This document shows, piece after piece, positions 40,484 through 52,463 of a stretch of DNA of 64,000 nucleotides. The position numbers and the translations under genes are program-made. Location of the stretch: contig OX597837.1 in assembly GCA_951406725.2 (NCBI GenBank), positions 36,022,001 through 36,086,000 of the forward strand, written 5' to 3'. How positions within the stretch are numbered: the stretch's first letter is position 1; each line of letters begins with the position of its first letter. The notes under the pieces were generated by a model that was not told where the DNA came from, did not search any database, and saw only the letters and a program-made list of their open reading frames with translations. The DNA comes from Octopus vulgaris (lineage: Eukaryota).

Positions 40484-40622
40484 ATTATTTTTTATAACAA
40501 ATATAGTGTTGATAGTAACTTTGAAGTTTCAGCCAGCTAAGATGTTATTGGACAGTCCAACGATGGCTTCCCTGGCCAAAACTTCAAAGTCGGCGTCAAT
40601 ATTATTCATGTTAAGGAATACT
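40484..40622. mobile_element. Small foldback MITE (half copy at about 17646-17712)
   Basis: ACTTTGAAGTTTCAGCCAG / CTGGCCAAAACTTCAAAGT inverted arms with weaker outward extension. Confidence 0.65.
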
Positions 40623-40633
40623 ATATATATATA

Positions 40634-40685
40634 TGAAGAGGGGAAAATTCTTATGAATTAACCCCGAAATTGAGACCAATACGGT
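40634..40685 (+). ncRNA. 5'-truncated type I hammerhead
   Basis: (TA)n-TGAAGA GGGG aa AATTC ttat GAATT aa CCCC GAA ATTG agac CAAT A CGGT; C3 and the 5' strand of stem I are replaced by microsatellite. Confidence 0.72.
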
Positions 40686-40917
40686 AATAACGGATTTTTT
40701 AGAAATTTCTATTGTTTCGAGATGCATAAATTATAATGGTTATTGACAATTTTGTCTTTTTTTCAGCATATTTGGCATGAGAATTTTTCTTTTACCCTTA
40801 TTTTATAAGTTATTTATAAATTTAACCTTTAAAGGTATTTTTTGATATGCTGGCCATTGATAAAATTTTTTTTAGAAAAAAAATTTATCCTACATTAGTT
40901 ATATATATATATATGGG

Positions 40918-41082
40918 GGGGTGGGGTAAGAAGCTTGCTTCCCAACCACAAGGTTCCGTGTTCAGTCCCACTGTGTAGCACCTTGGGCAAGTGTCTTCTA
41001 CTATAGCCTCGGGCCAACTAAAGCCTTGTGAGTGAATTTGGTAGACGGAAACTGAAAGAAGACCATTGCATATATATGTATA

Positions 41083-41140
<58 letters not shown>

Positions 41141-41800
41141 CACATATATATATATTTGTGTTTTTGTCTATTTGTCCCTGTCACCATCACTTGGTGTATT
41201 TGCATCCCTGTAACTTAGCTGTTTGGCAAAAGAGGACTATAAAATAAGTACTGAGCTCAATAAAGGGGTCCTGGGGTCGATTTGTTCCACTAACACCCTT
41301 TAAGGTGGTGCTCCTGCATGGCCGCAGTCAAATGACTGAAACAACTAAAAGAATAAAAGAATACATAGATAGATGTGTGTGTGTGTGTGTGTATTATTTT
41401 TTACTTGTTTCAGTCACTAGATTGCAGCCATGCTGGAGCACTGCCTTGAATTTCTAAGTGGAATGAATTGAACCCAGGACTTATTTTAGTGTGGTACTTA
41501 TTCTATCAGTCACTTTTGCTGAGCTGCTAGGTTACATAGTTGTATACACTCAGACATCAGTTGTCAAGCAGCAGTGGGGGAGAAACAGACACACATACAT
41601 ATATGTGTGTGTATATATATATATAGATACACACACATACATAAGGCTTCTTTTCAGTTTCCATCTACGAAATCCACTCTCAAGGCATTGATCGACCTAA
41701 GGCTTTAGCAGAAGACATTTGCCCAATGTGCTGTACAATGAGATTGAACCAAAGACCACACGATTGGGAAACAATCTTCTTACCAACCCAACCATGTCTG
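40918..41800. mobile_element. Tail-to-tail family A SINE pair (40918-41362 +; 41401-41800 -)
   Basis: Consensus motifs on opposite strands about 40 bp apart. Confidence 0.85.
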
Positions 41801-42894
41801 TGATATAAATTTAAATAACTTAAACAGTAAATAATGTACTTCACATTTTAATAAACAATTTTGCTAAGGTGTACTCAGCCATAGGATTTAATTAGTTTAG
41901 TTAATTACTGACAGCAAATTATTTTGAAAGGGATTAATTAAAGCTAAAATACAGGTTTCCTTTTATCATTTAATTAATTAATTAAGCATACCTTTTACCT
42001 TTTTCTTGTTGCAGTCATTTAGACTGTGGCCATGCTGGGGCACCCCCTTGAAGAATTTTAGTTGAATGCATTCACTCCAAAACTTTTATTGTTTTTTTAA
42101 AGTCTGGTACTTATTTTATCAGTCTCTTTTGATGAGTTGCTAAGTTATGATTGTGGCCAAACACAAACACACATGGGCTTCTTTCAGTTTCCATCTACCA
42201 AACCCACTCACAAGACTTTGGTCAGCCCAAACTATAGTAGATGACACTTGTCCGTCCAAGGAATGAACATGGAACCATGTGGTTGGAAAACAAACCTTTT
42301 ACCACAGAGCCACGTCTGTGCCTTCATATAATCTTAGAGTGTGGCAGATCTCCATCGTCTGATAGAGGACTCCATCTGAGTTACCTATCCTTGAATTAAC
42401 GTATATGTGGCTGAGTATTCCACAGACAGGTGGCGGATCCTTAAAATAATTCTCAGGTAGAATCTGTGTGACACAGTGTGTAATATGGCTGTACTGTTTG
42501 AATTACAAGTAGAACCTATCCAACGGGCTTCTCTACAGTTTCCAACGGTCCAGTTACACTTACAAGGTATGGACTTGAGGCTAAAGAAAATAGCATTTTC
42601 CCAAGGTGCCACTCGTTAAGATCGAACCTGTGACCTTGTGGCGACAAAGCAAATTTCTTAGTTATTCAGCCACAGTGTGCCTACACACACAGAGAGAAGA
42701 GCATAGGCTTGAAACGTCAAAGACTGTTCCATTTCACCTGAGTGTCAAATTAATACACCTTGTTTTTTGCATCCTCTGCTGACTCTTTTTTTTGCCGTTA
42801 GTACAATTTTGAACGAACACACACACGCACGTCCGTATGTATGTATGTACATTCATAATACATACTTACATACATACATACACACGAGATAGTA

Positions 42895-43760
42895 GTCATG
42901 GCCGATGCCGGTATTACATAACTGGTATATAAAAAGCACCCACTATACTTTTGGAGTGGATGGCGTTAGAAAAGCCACCCAGCTGTAGAAACCTTGCCAA
43001 ATCAGATTGGAACCTGGTGCAGCTCCCCAGCTAGCCAGTTTTCAATGAAACCGTCCAACCCATGCCAACATGGAAAAACAGACGTTAAACGATGATATTT
43101 TCATTTTTAGCTTCGAACTTATTCGTATTAGAAGTTCATGCATGGCACCTTGGGTAAATGTCTTCTTCTATAGCCTTGAGTCAACCAAAGCCTTGTGAAT
43201 GGATTTGGTAGGCAGAAACTGAAAGAAGCCTGTCGTATATATATGTGTGTGTGTGTGTGTGTATTTATCTCCCCCACCATCGCCTGACAACCGATGCTGG
43301 TGTGTTTACGTCCCCGTAACCTAGCGGTTCGGCAAAAGAGACCGGTAGAATATGTACTAGGCTTACAAAGAATAAGTCCTGGGATCGATTTGTTCGACTA
43401 AAGGCGGTGCTCCAGCATGGCCACAATCACATGACTGAAACAAGTAAAAGAATAAAAAGAAAAAACACAACTGACCCAGTTGATCCGATCAGAAAAAAAC
43501 AGCATGTGTGTGAAATTAATAGACAAATGGCTGAGTACTCCACAGACACACATACCCTTCATGTAGCTCTCAGGGAGATTCAGTGTGGCAAGGCTGGCCC
43601 CTTTTGAATTGCAGGTACAACTCGTTTTTGCCAGCTGAGTGGAGTTGGAGCTACGTGAAATAAAATACCTTGCTCAAGGACACAATGCGCTGCCGTGTAT
43701 CGAACTCACCACCTTACGATCATGAACCGAATACGCCAAACATCAAGCCACGCGCCTTCA
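42895..43760. mobile_element. SINE cluster: family E (42895-43097 +), A (43140-43455 +), C (43470-43760 -)
   Basis: Family motifs as above. Confidence 0.83.
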
Positions 43761-43892
43761 CATATACAAATACGTACGTATATACATACACGCCTGCATG
43801 CATACATACATACGTACATATGAGAGAGAGAGAGAGAGAGAGAAAATAGTAAAAAGAAAGGATTTCACAGATGTTCTTTAACTACACTCTGA

Positions 43893-43988
43893 AGTTCTAC
43901 AGCTGTTTCAACAGTTAAAATACAAAAATCATGTGGAAGATTACGTAATTAATTTAAACGTAATGGATGGACCATTTCGTCAGGAGAT
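43893..43988 (-). ncRNA. Type I hammerhead candidate with long branched stem II
   Basis: CTGACGA AATGGT...ACTGTT GAAA CAGCTG TA; internal hairpin ATTACGT/ACGTAAT; stem I weak (2 bp). Confidence 0.5.
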
Positions 43989-44313
43989 AAAACTGAAATT
44001 CGAAAGTGAAACCAGCGACGCTGTTTCACTGTGACATAAACGAGACAAACTAAGTGAATACAATAATGCGATATATTAAACGGATGGGTGTCTATTCTTT
44101 TGATCTTTTACTTGTTTCAGCCATTAGACTGCGGTCATGCTGGGGCACCGCGTTGAAGAGTTTTAGTTGGACGAATCGATCCTAGTATTTGCTTTTTTAA
44201 TCTTTTTAACGCTTGGTATCGGTCTTTTGTGCCGAACCGCTACGTTACAGGGATGTAAACATATCAACGCTGGTTGTCAAGCAGTGGTGGGAGACAGACA
44301 GACAAAAAGACAC

Positions 44314-44377
<64 letters not shown>

Positions 44378-44624
44378 CGGGCTTCTTTCAGTTTTCGCCA
44401 GCCACATCCGAGTCTTTGGTCGACACGCGGCTATATTTGAGGTCATTCGCTCAAGATGTCACGCAGTAGAACTGAAACCGTAACCATACGGTTGCAAACT
44501 GTCTCTTTATCCCCCCCACACACACACATGCCTGCACATTTACATACATAAATACAAACACACACAGGTATACATATGCATTAATATACACATGCATTCA
44601 TACACAAACGTATGTACAGACATA

Positions 44625-44664
<40 letters not shown>

Positions 44665-45599
44665 ATGTGTACACATGCATTCACACACACACACGTTATG
44701 TGTACACATGCATTCACACACACACACGTTATGTGTACACATACATTCACATACACACACACACACGTATGTACAGACATACATTCACACACACACGTAT
44801 GTGTACACATACATTCATACACACACATATGTATACACACACACACACACGTATGTATATACATACATTCATATATCAATACACACACACACACACACAC
44901 GTAAATGTCGAACAATGAGAATGACTGTAGAATACCGTATTGGAGGTTATATATACACATACATATTTATACATACGCATATATTCATAAGATATACATA
45001 CATAAATGTGTGCGCGCGCGTATGTGTGTGTGTATGTGTGTGAATTAGATTTCTGATTCACTCGTAAAGGGGATTCCTTTTGAAAGGAAAAGCTAAATAA
45101 AGAAATCACAAAGGAGACGGTGAACAGGATTACCACGAGAAGAACAACAGCAGCAGCAAGCGACAGGGAAAGAAATAGATGGGCAAAGGCATGCCGTAGG
45201 CCTCCCAAGGAACCGGCAGATGCAAGAGCAACACAGAAACAGAAATCGTAGAATCTCAGAAATGCTAAACTTATGATAAAACAAGGAGTAAATCTAACGA
45301 AAGAGATTCTATGCGTATAAACATCACAGAGATATGGAAACGAAAGGGCAGAAGAAATATAAGGAAGAAGGACCGATTCCAGAGAAAGAACACGAAGAAC
45401 TCAACTGTGCAAATGCATATTGGAACGAAAAGAGACAAAGAAAGAAAAGCAAAAGCCTACTTTCCAAGAATATTTAATGCAAAGTCTGTAACGGAAATAT
45501 TTCAATTTAAAAATAAACGACCTTTTTTCTTTCTTATATCGTCTTCAATATATTTACATAGGACAAGCATATCTCTCGTCAATATTATGCTTAGTCAAA

Positions 45600-45990
45600 G
45601 GGGCGAGGTGGTAGAATGGTTAGGGAAATGCTTAGCGGTATTTCGTCTGCCGTTACGTTCTGAGTTCAAATTCCGCCGAGGTCGACTTTGCCTTTCATCC
45701 TTTCGGGGTCGATTAAATAAGTATCAGTTACGCACTGGGGTCGATATAATCGACTTAATCCGTTTGTCTGTCCTTGTTTGTCCTCTCTGCATTTAGCCCC
45801 TTGTGGGTAGTAAAGAAATTGGTATTTCGTCTGCCGCTACGTTCTGAGTTAAAATTCCGCCGAGGTCGACTTTGCCTTTCATCCTTTTGGAGTCGATAAA
45901 TTTAGTACCAGTTGCGTACTGAGGTCGATCTAATCGACTGGACCCCCTCCCCAAAAATTTCGGGCCTTGTGCTTAGAGTAGAAAAGAATA
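45600..45990 (+). mobile_element. SINE family D with two internal units
   Basis: GGTATTTCGTCTGCCG unit repeated at about 45637 and 45821. Confidence 0.88.
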
Positions 45991-46024
45991 TTATGTTTAG
46001 TCAGATATACTTTAGTCTGTATAA

Positions 46025-46062
46025 CTGTCCGATGAACGGCAACGCGAAACTCAGAGTAACAA
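46025..46062 (+). ncRNA. Minimal type I hammerhead variant (CCGATGA core)
   Basis: CTGT CCGATGA A CG gcaa CG C GAA ACTC a GAGT A ACA; downstream sequence matches 15855-15955. Confidence 0.62.
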
Positions 46063-46987
46063 GTTTTGTAGAATTTTCTGCTGCTTTAAATAAAGCATAT
46101 TACTCTACAACTGGTATCTGAGTACTCTTTGTTTCCACCTTGTTTCACATTTATGTGTTTACTCCGGTATGTGTGTATATATATATAAATATTTCACAGT
46201 GGTGATCCAGCATGGCCGCAGTCGTATGGCTGAAACGAATAAAAGAATATATATATATATATTCTTTTACTTGTTTCAGTCATTGGACTGCGACCATGCT
46301 AGGGCACCTCTTGCAAGGGGCAAGGGTTTTTAACCGAATATATCGACTCCAGTACTTTTCCTTTAAAATCTGGTACTTATTATATCAGTGTCTACTGCCG
46401 AACTGCCTGGTTAATGGGCGTGAACGAAGTAACATTGGTTGTGAAGCGGTAACCCAGGGACAGACACACACAAAAACTCACAAATTTACAGTGCAATATA
46501 TGGATTCATAGGATCTTGTGGTCATAATCCTAAGGATGTCAACTGCTTAAATAAATATCTTCACCTCTCATATCTCCTCACTTTTTATGGCTTACTAAGC
46601 TAAGATCTTTGGAGCTTCCCTTCACACACACACACACACACGTGTATATATATATACAAATTACATAGTTGCGAAGTGAGTTTGTTAATCACACGGCCAT
46701 GGCTGCGCCCAAAGCATCTGTTGCTAGAAGCCGCACTGACGCGGGGACGTACACACACACAAATATAGAATAATGGTCCAACAAGGCACCAATGTTTATA
46801 TGGAAACAGCAGTCGATAATATTACGACGCTATAGTAAAGCTTCACTGTGTGAGCGTGTGTGTGTGTGTATATATATATATAATGAGAATTTACAAAAAG
46901 AAAACAACAACAAAAAAAGCAAAAGACGAAGATGGGTGTGTAAACAACAAACAGATGTATTAGTTTAAAGCTCGGGAAGTGAGAAAA

Positions 46988-47025
46988 TCTTTTACGTTTC
47001 GAGCCTACGCTCTTCAACAGAAAGG
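46988..47025 (-). ncRNA. Minimal type I hammerhead variant (CTGTTGA core) in a Penelope-LTR-like insert (46885-47110)
   Basis: CTTT CTGTTGA A GAGC gtag GCTC GAAA CG TA AAAG. Confidence 0.65.
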
Positions 47026-47147
47026 AACACAGAAATACACAGGTCGAGAAAATAATAAAGGCTTAGTGACTAGCGATCTATCATGGCGAATGCCGGACAG
47101 AGGGGTCACACAGGTGTATATATATGTATATATATATATAAAATGTA

Positions 47148-47359
47148 TAGGGTTAGCCAAAAGTCACCTGACAGTAAATCAAAACCATTAAATTCCAAGA
47201 TTTATGTTTAGCAACTGAATGAATTTAATAAAAGTACCTAAATATGAAACCATGAAAATTGTTCTTGAGCGACATATTTTTCCATTCGAGTCAATACAGA
47301 AATACAGATGGAATTTATGGAACTTTGATTCGTTGTCGTGCGACTTTTGGCCAACACTA
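47148..47359. mobile_element. Tc1/mariner MITE
   Basis: TIRs TAGGGTTAGCCAAAAGTC / GACTTTTGGCCAACACTA, extending imperfectly about 50 bp. Confidence 0.78.
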
Positions 47360-47510
47360 CACACACATAAATTGTTGCACAAGAACTGTATAGTGATTCT
47401 ATAATCTCTGGCGGGAACATGAAGATTAGAGAGTGAAAGGGATTAGAGTTTTCCGTGTAATTAGATTAGATTTGGAATCAAAAATGGTTTCTTTTCCAGT
47501 CGCATGCACC

Positions 47511-47558
<48 letters not shown>

Positions 47559-47939
47559 TTCCATGAAATATTTACGCGTATATAACGCATACGAACAGAC
47601 TATACGCGTGTTTGTGTGTCTATGTAAATATCTATAAATCTATATATATATATACATATGTATGCACACATGTATACATATACACACATATATAGATAGA
47701 TAGATATGTACATAAACATATCTATAAAGATATGTAGACATATTTTGTACATGTATATGTGTGTATACAAATTTACATTCATGCATAAACATTTACTTTA
47801 TATATACAGATGCATATATAGATGCATACACGTACACACAAAAATCCACACGCACACATATATATATACAAAAGCACACACATATCTATATCTATCTATC
47901 TATCTATCTCTGTATATATATTATATATATATATATATA

Positions 47940-48061
47940 TATTAGAAGAAATGAGGTACTCAGAAAATCGGATGGTTTATATTTATAAAAAATGTAATAT
48001 ACAAATAAATATCTGTAAATATAAACCATCCGATTTTTTGAGTACCTCATTTCTTCTAATA
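47940..48061. repeat. Near-perfect inverted repeat, ~46-bp arms
   Basis: TATTAGAAGAAATGAGGTACTCAGAAAATCGGATGGTTTATATTTA and its reverse complement, one mismatch. Confidence 0.95.
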
Positions 48062-48159
48062 TAAAATACCTGTACATCATCTCCAAACCTTCCAATACAT
48101 ATATGTTGATTCGCTAGCCTCTGCACGCATTTTTTCTCTCCTTGTTTCTGTTCTGTGTA

Positions 48160-48197
48160 TCTTTCTGTTGAAGAGCGTAGGCTCGAAACGTAAAAGA
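48160..48197 (+). ncRNA. Minimal type I hammerhead variant (CTGTTGA core)
   Basis: TCTTT CTGTTGA A GAGC gtag GCTC GAAA CG TA AAAGA; 5-bp stem I. Confidence 0.68.
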
Positions 48198-48310
48198 CTT
48201 GTTTTATTTATATTCCTGAGCGCCATACTAATACAATTGTTTGTTTGTATTCCACCTGTCTTCGTCTTTTGTTTATTTTCATAAAGCTTTCCGTTATATA
48301 TATATATCTT

Positions 48311-48357
<47 letters not shown>

Positions 48358-49304
48358 ACACAATGCAAAACACACCCGGCTGGTGTCGGTGGTATTAATA
48401 CTGCTAATAAATATGCGAGATAAACGCCATAAGCCGCCATACAGCATTTGTTGTTGTTCTTGTTTTTATTTTCAAACTAACTGAACTTTTCTGTTTCTTT
48501 CTAAAAAAAATTCGTGGACCGATTGAATGATATTCAGCTTTGCTACAAAACAATTGCTGTTGTTTTTAAACCTGTAGGATAATATTAGAAAAAAAAAACA
48601 ACAAAACAAGATTGAGCAACAGACAGACATGTTGGGTCTAGGAATCTAATTTCGTCGAGAATATTAACGAAATCTTTTCTAAAAACCGACAGGTTAATTC
48701 AAAAGGAGGTTATTATTAAAACCGACCCGAGACAAACAACGATAACAACAACAGCAGCAGCAATAACAACGTATTGAAGCTTTAATATACTACGTAGTTC
48801 AGCCTTGATGATTATCTTTATCAAATTCCAGACATAGCAAAACCATACAAGACTACATTATATGTATCTGCGAGCAGCGAGCTATTCCATGTTCCAGTGA
48901 GCAAAACGGGTTAACGCTAATTATTCAAGCCACTGGCCACCAGGCGGTTGGGTAATATGTTTAGTCATGGCTTCAATTGTATAGCATGAACCTGGCTAGA
49001 AACACACACACACACACATGTGTGTATATACATACACGCACTATATACTATATGCACTTTATATATGTTTGAGTGTGTGTGTGTGTGTGTATATATTTAT
49101 ATATACAAACGACGTCGGGCTTCGTCCTAAAAGACGTGTGTGTATGTGTGTTTGTGTGTGGTATGGTACTCAATCAGTTAAGAAAATAAAGTTACTTTTG
49201 TAATAAAAACTACAAAAAGTTTTGTTAAATACAGCTGCCCTGGGTAATTGCACTTCAAGGCATTTTGTGGTTTCAATAATAATAATAATAATAATAATCT
49301 TTTT

Positions 49305-49507
49305 TTTACTTGTTTTAGTCATTTGACTGCGGCCATGCTGGAGCACCGCCTTTAGTCGAGCAAATGGACCCCGGGACTTATTCTCTGTAAGCCCAGTACT
49401 TATTCTATCGTTCTCTTTTGCCGAGCCGCTAAGTGACGGGGACATATACACACCAGCATAGGTTGTCAAGCGATGCGAGGGGGACAAACACGGATACACA
49501 AACACAT

Positions 49508-49548
<41 letters not shown>

Positions 49549-49712
49549 CATATACGACGGGCTTCTTTGAGTTTCCATCTACCAAATCCACTCACAAGGC
49601 TATGGTTGGCCCGAGACTAGAGTAGAAGACACTTGCCCAAGGTGCCACGCAGTGGAACTGAACTCGGAACCATGTGGTTGGTAAGCAAGCTACTTACCAC
49701 ACAGCCACTCCT
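49305..49712 (-). mobile_element. SINE family A
   Basis: Full-length reverse match, CpGs retained. Confidence 0.9.
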
Positions 49713-49775
49713 ATATATATCATTAATGGACCTAATTTACAAAGTCACAAAAAGATCAAGAGTTTCGTCCATGCA

Positions 49776-49895
49776 CGGTGTTATGCCTACGCGTGTGAGC
49801 ACACACAAAGTAGCTCAAGGTCCGAGAGTTTCGTGCATGTCCGAAGCTCTCGGTCCTCAAGCCACTGTGTGCGCGCGCGCGTAAGCATAACACCG
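49776..49895. repeat. 120-bp GC-rich imperfect palindrome
   Basis: CGGTGTTATGCCTACGCG../..CGCGTAAGCATAACACCG, pairing continues inward to CCGAGAGTTTCG/CGAAGCTCTCGG. Confidence 0.9.
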
Positions 49896-50471
49896 GGTTC
49901 CGCCTCTCCACCGCCACAAGGTTCAATCCTTGGCATGATGTGGTGTCTTCTATGTTTCAATGACCACTGAGAACTATGCCAGCGGAGTGCAAGCGCCTTG
50001 AGGACCCCCTGCTCATACAAGACAGGTCAAGAGGTAGAAACCAGACCTGTATACCATATTTACAGTTGACAAGTAAAACCGATCGACCAGACCTGAGTAT
50101 ATTACTGGTACTCATTACTTCACTATGACGAAAACGACAGGTCCAGTCGACGAGGTGATGGCACATAACATCGACTGACGATACTACACACCCATAACTA
50201 TTTCTGCCAATCCGCTGCCTTCATCTTAATCATTAAAGCTTCGGCATTGGGCACATATTCCGGGAAGGGGTACAGTCGAGGGTATCCACCTTGGTACTTT
50301 ATTTTAACGACACAAGAAGAGCGAAAGATGAAACCGACCACGGCGGGATTTGGGCCAGGATTATGAAAAGATCTAATTACCGTGTCGCTAAGTGGTTGCT
50401 GTCGCTTGAGTTGAGCTGGTAATGAAGATATATTCCGTTGACTGCGTCAATAATAACTGAAGCAAACTCAC

Positions 50472-50504
50472 GAACATTTGACTGTAGTATTTATTGCCGG
50501 ACAT
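50472..50504 (-). CDS. Possible first coding segment (MSGNKYYSQMF) of an unidentified gene
   Basis: ATG at 50504 with an in-frame upstream TAA, ending phase 0 at a GTGAGT donor (50471-50466); polypyrimidine-CAG acceptor before 50555 defines an 84-nt exon. No downstream exon found; protein not recognised. Confidence 0.25.
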
Positions 50505-50559
50505 AAAGTTATTCGGTGTTGGTTATTCACAATGAACAATATTAATAATTGCCGACTGG

Positions 50560-50910
50560 AAGAGGGGAAAAAAAACTGTTCTGGAATTCGAGAGACTTAT
50601 CAGCCTGACAACATGCAGTCGGTCCAAAAATACACAATGTCGTCTGTGCAAATCCCCGTGTCGTCTGCCTCCTAAGCTACGCGCCAAACGGTTTTTCAGA
50701 GGCGGCAAGAGGTTTTATTTTGTACAATCGAGAAAACTATATCACGCCAAATTCCTACGCTGATTGGTGATTTATAGACCGATCACGCGAAACTATGAAG
50801 GTTCACTTGGGATGACTAGCGTTTAGGTTTCGAATCACCTCTAAGTCGAACATCTAAATTACCGTTAAAACTTGGTATAAAATCCTCCCCTCCCGTTCAC
50901 ATTCAGATTT
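50560..50910. promoter_or_regulatory. Candidate CpG-rich promoter
   Basis: Unique CpG-rich DNA with E2F-like GCGCCAAA, CACGCCAAA and CGCGAAA, a CCAAT box (TGATTGG, 50761) and TATAAAA at 50876. Confidence 0.45.
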
Positions 50911-51212
50911 TACACCGTGTATAAGTTGCATATCAGTTTTTTTCAGTTAAAATTGAATATAAAATAACGCGACTCCTACACGGACAGTCTCGCAAAGCCT
51001 GTATATCTTAGCCATTCGCCCATCATTTACTGTTTATATGCTTTCATTTAGGTAACGCGGTCTAACATAAGCTTAAGGCGGGCAACAACTTTTGAAGGAG
51101 ATGTTTGAAGTCAATTTAAGTTGACCACAATATTTTCTGGACTGAGTCCTACGACCAGGAGTACTGAATTCTTTCTTGACTTTATGTCACACCGGAGGAT
51201 ACTATATAAAAC

Positions 51213-51395
51213 AAAATGGTGTATTTTGCATGCAAAGTCAAAAAATATCGGCGCGTTTTGTATGGAATGTTAAAAATTATAGGCTCATTTTGCATGAAGA
51301 GTTAATTATCGGCGTATTTTGCACGGAAAGTTTCAAGCCTGATGTGCTTTGCATGAAAAATCTTACAAATTATCCGTGTACTTTGCTTGACTGTT
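51213..51395. repeat. Six degenerate ~31-bp repeats with a TTTGCATG core
   Basis: Consensus about AAATTATCGGCGTATTTTGCATGRAA. Confidence 0.75.
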
Positions 51396-51429
51396 AGGAG
51401 TTAGTGGTGTACTTTAAATAGAAAATTAA

Positions 51430-52182
51430 AACTATCAATGGAACAGCTTGCTCGTGAAATTAACGTGAAAGTGGCTGAGCATTCCACTGACACACCCGTA
51501 CCCTTAATGTCGTTCTCCGGGAGATTCAGCATGATAAAGAATGTGACAAGACTGGCCCCTTTGAAATACAGGCACAACTCGTTTTTGCCAGCTGAGTGGA
51601 CTTGGAGCAACGTGAAATAAAGTGTCTTGCTCAAGGACTCAATGCGCTGCCGAGAATTGAACTCGCGATTTTACGATCGTGAACTAGATACCTTAGCCAC
51701 TAACAAAGACATAAGTAGAACGTGAGTTTTCCTTTATCCTGCACTTCTCATTAGTGAAAATGTGATTGCAATCTCTTGAAAACTAAGAGGAACCATCAAA
51801 GACTTCGAGTAGCCATCAAAGAATTGGTTTTCCTGAAGAATATGGTATCATTTCGCTTCGCAAACTTGTCCACCATCTCCAGACAGATTCAGCCAACGCA
51901 CAAATCCACCTAGGCTACTTAAATGCAATGTTTTATCTTTCAGTTGTTTCAATGATTAGACTGCGGCCAAGCTGGGGCACCGCCTTGAGGAATTTTTAGT
52001 CGAATGAATCGACTGCAGGATTTAATTTTCTTAAAGCCTGGCACTAACTCTATCGGTTTCTTTTACTGAATTGCTAAGTTACGGGGATGTAAACACACCA
52101 ACAAGTAGTAGTGTGTGAGATGGGTGGACAAACACAGACGCAAAGGCACCAACTCTCTCTCTCTCAGACAGACAGACAGACA

Positions 52183-52229
<47 letters not shown>

Positions 52230-52262
52230 TAGATAGACAGACAGATAGAGAGAGAGATAGAC

Positions 52263-52299
<37 letters not shown>

Positions 52300-52463
52300 C
52301 GACGGGTTTTTTTCAGTTTCCGTCTGCCAAATCTTCTCACAACGTTTTGATCAGTCCAAAGCTATAGTAGATGACACTTGCCCAAGGTGCCAGGCAGTGG
52401 GATTGAACCCGGAAAAATGTGGTTGGGAAGTAAGCTCCTTACCACACAGCCACGCTGGCGCCT
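51430..52463 (-). mobile_element. SINE family C (51430-51702) and family A (51935-52463)
   Basis: Reverse family motifs. Confidence 0.85.
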
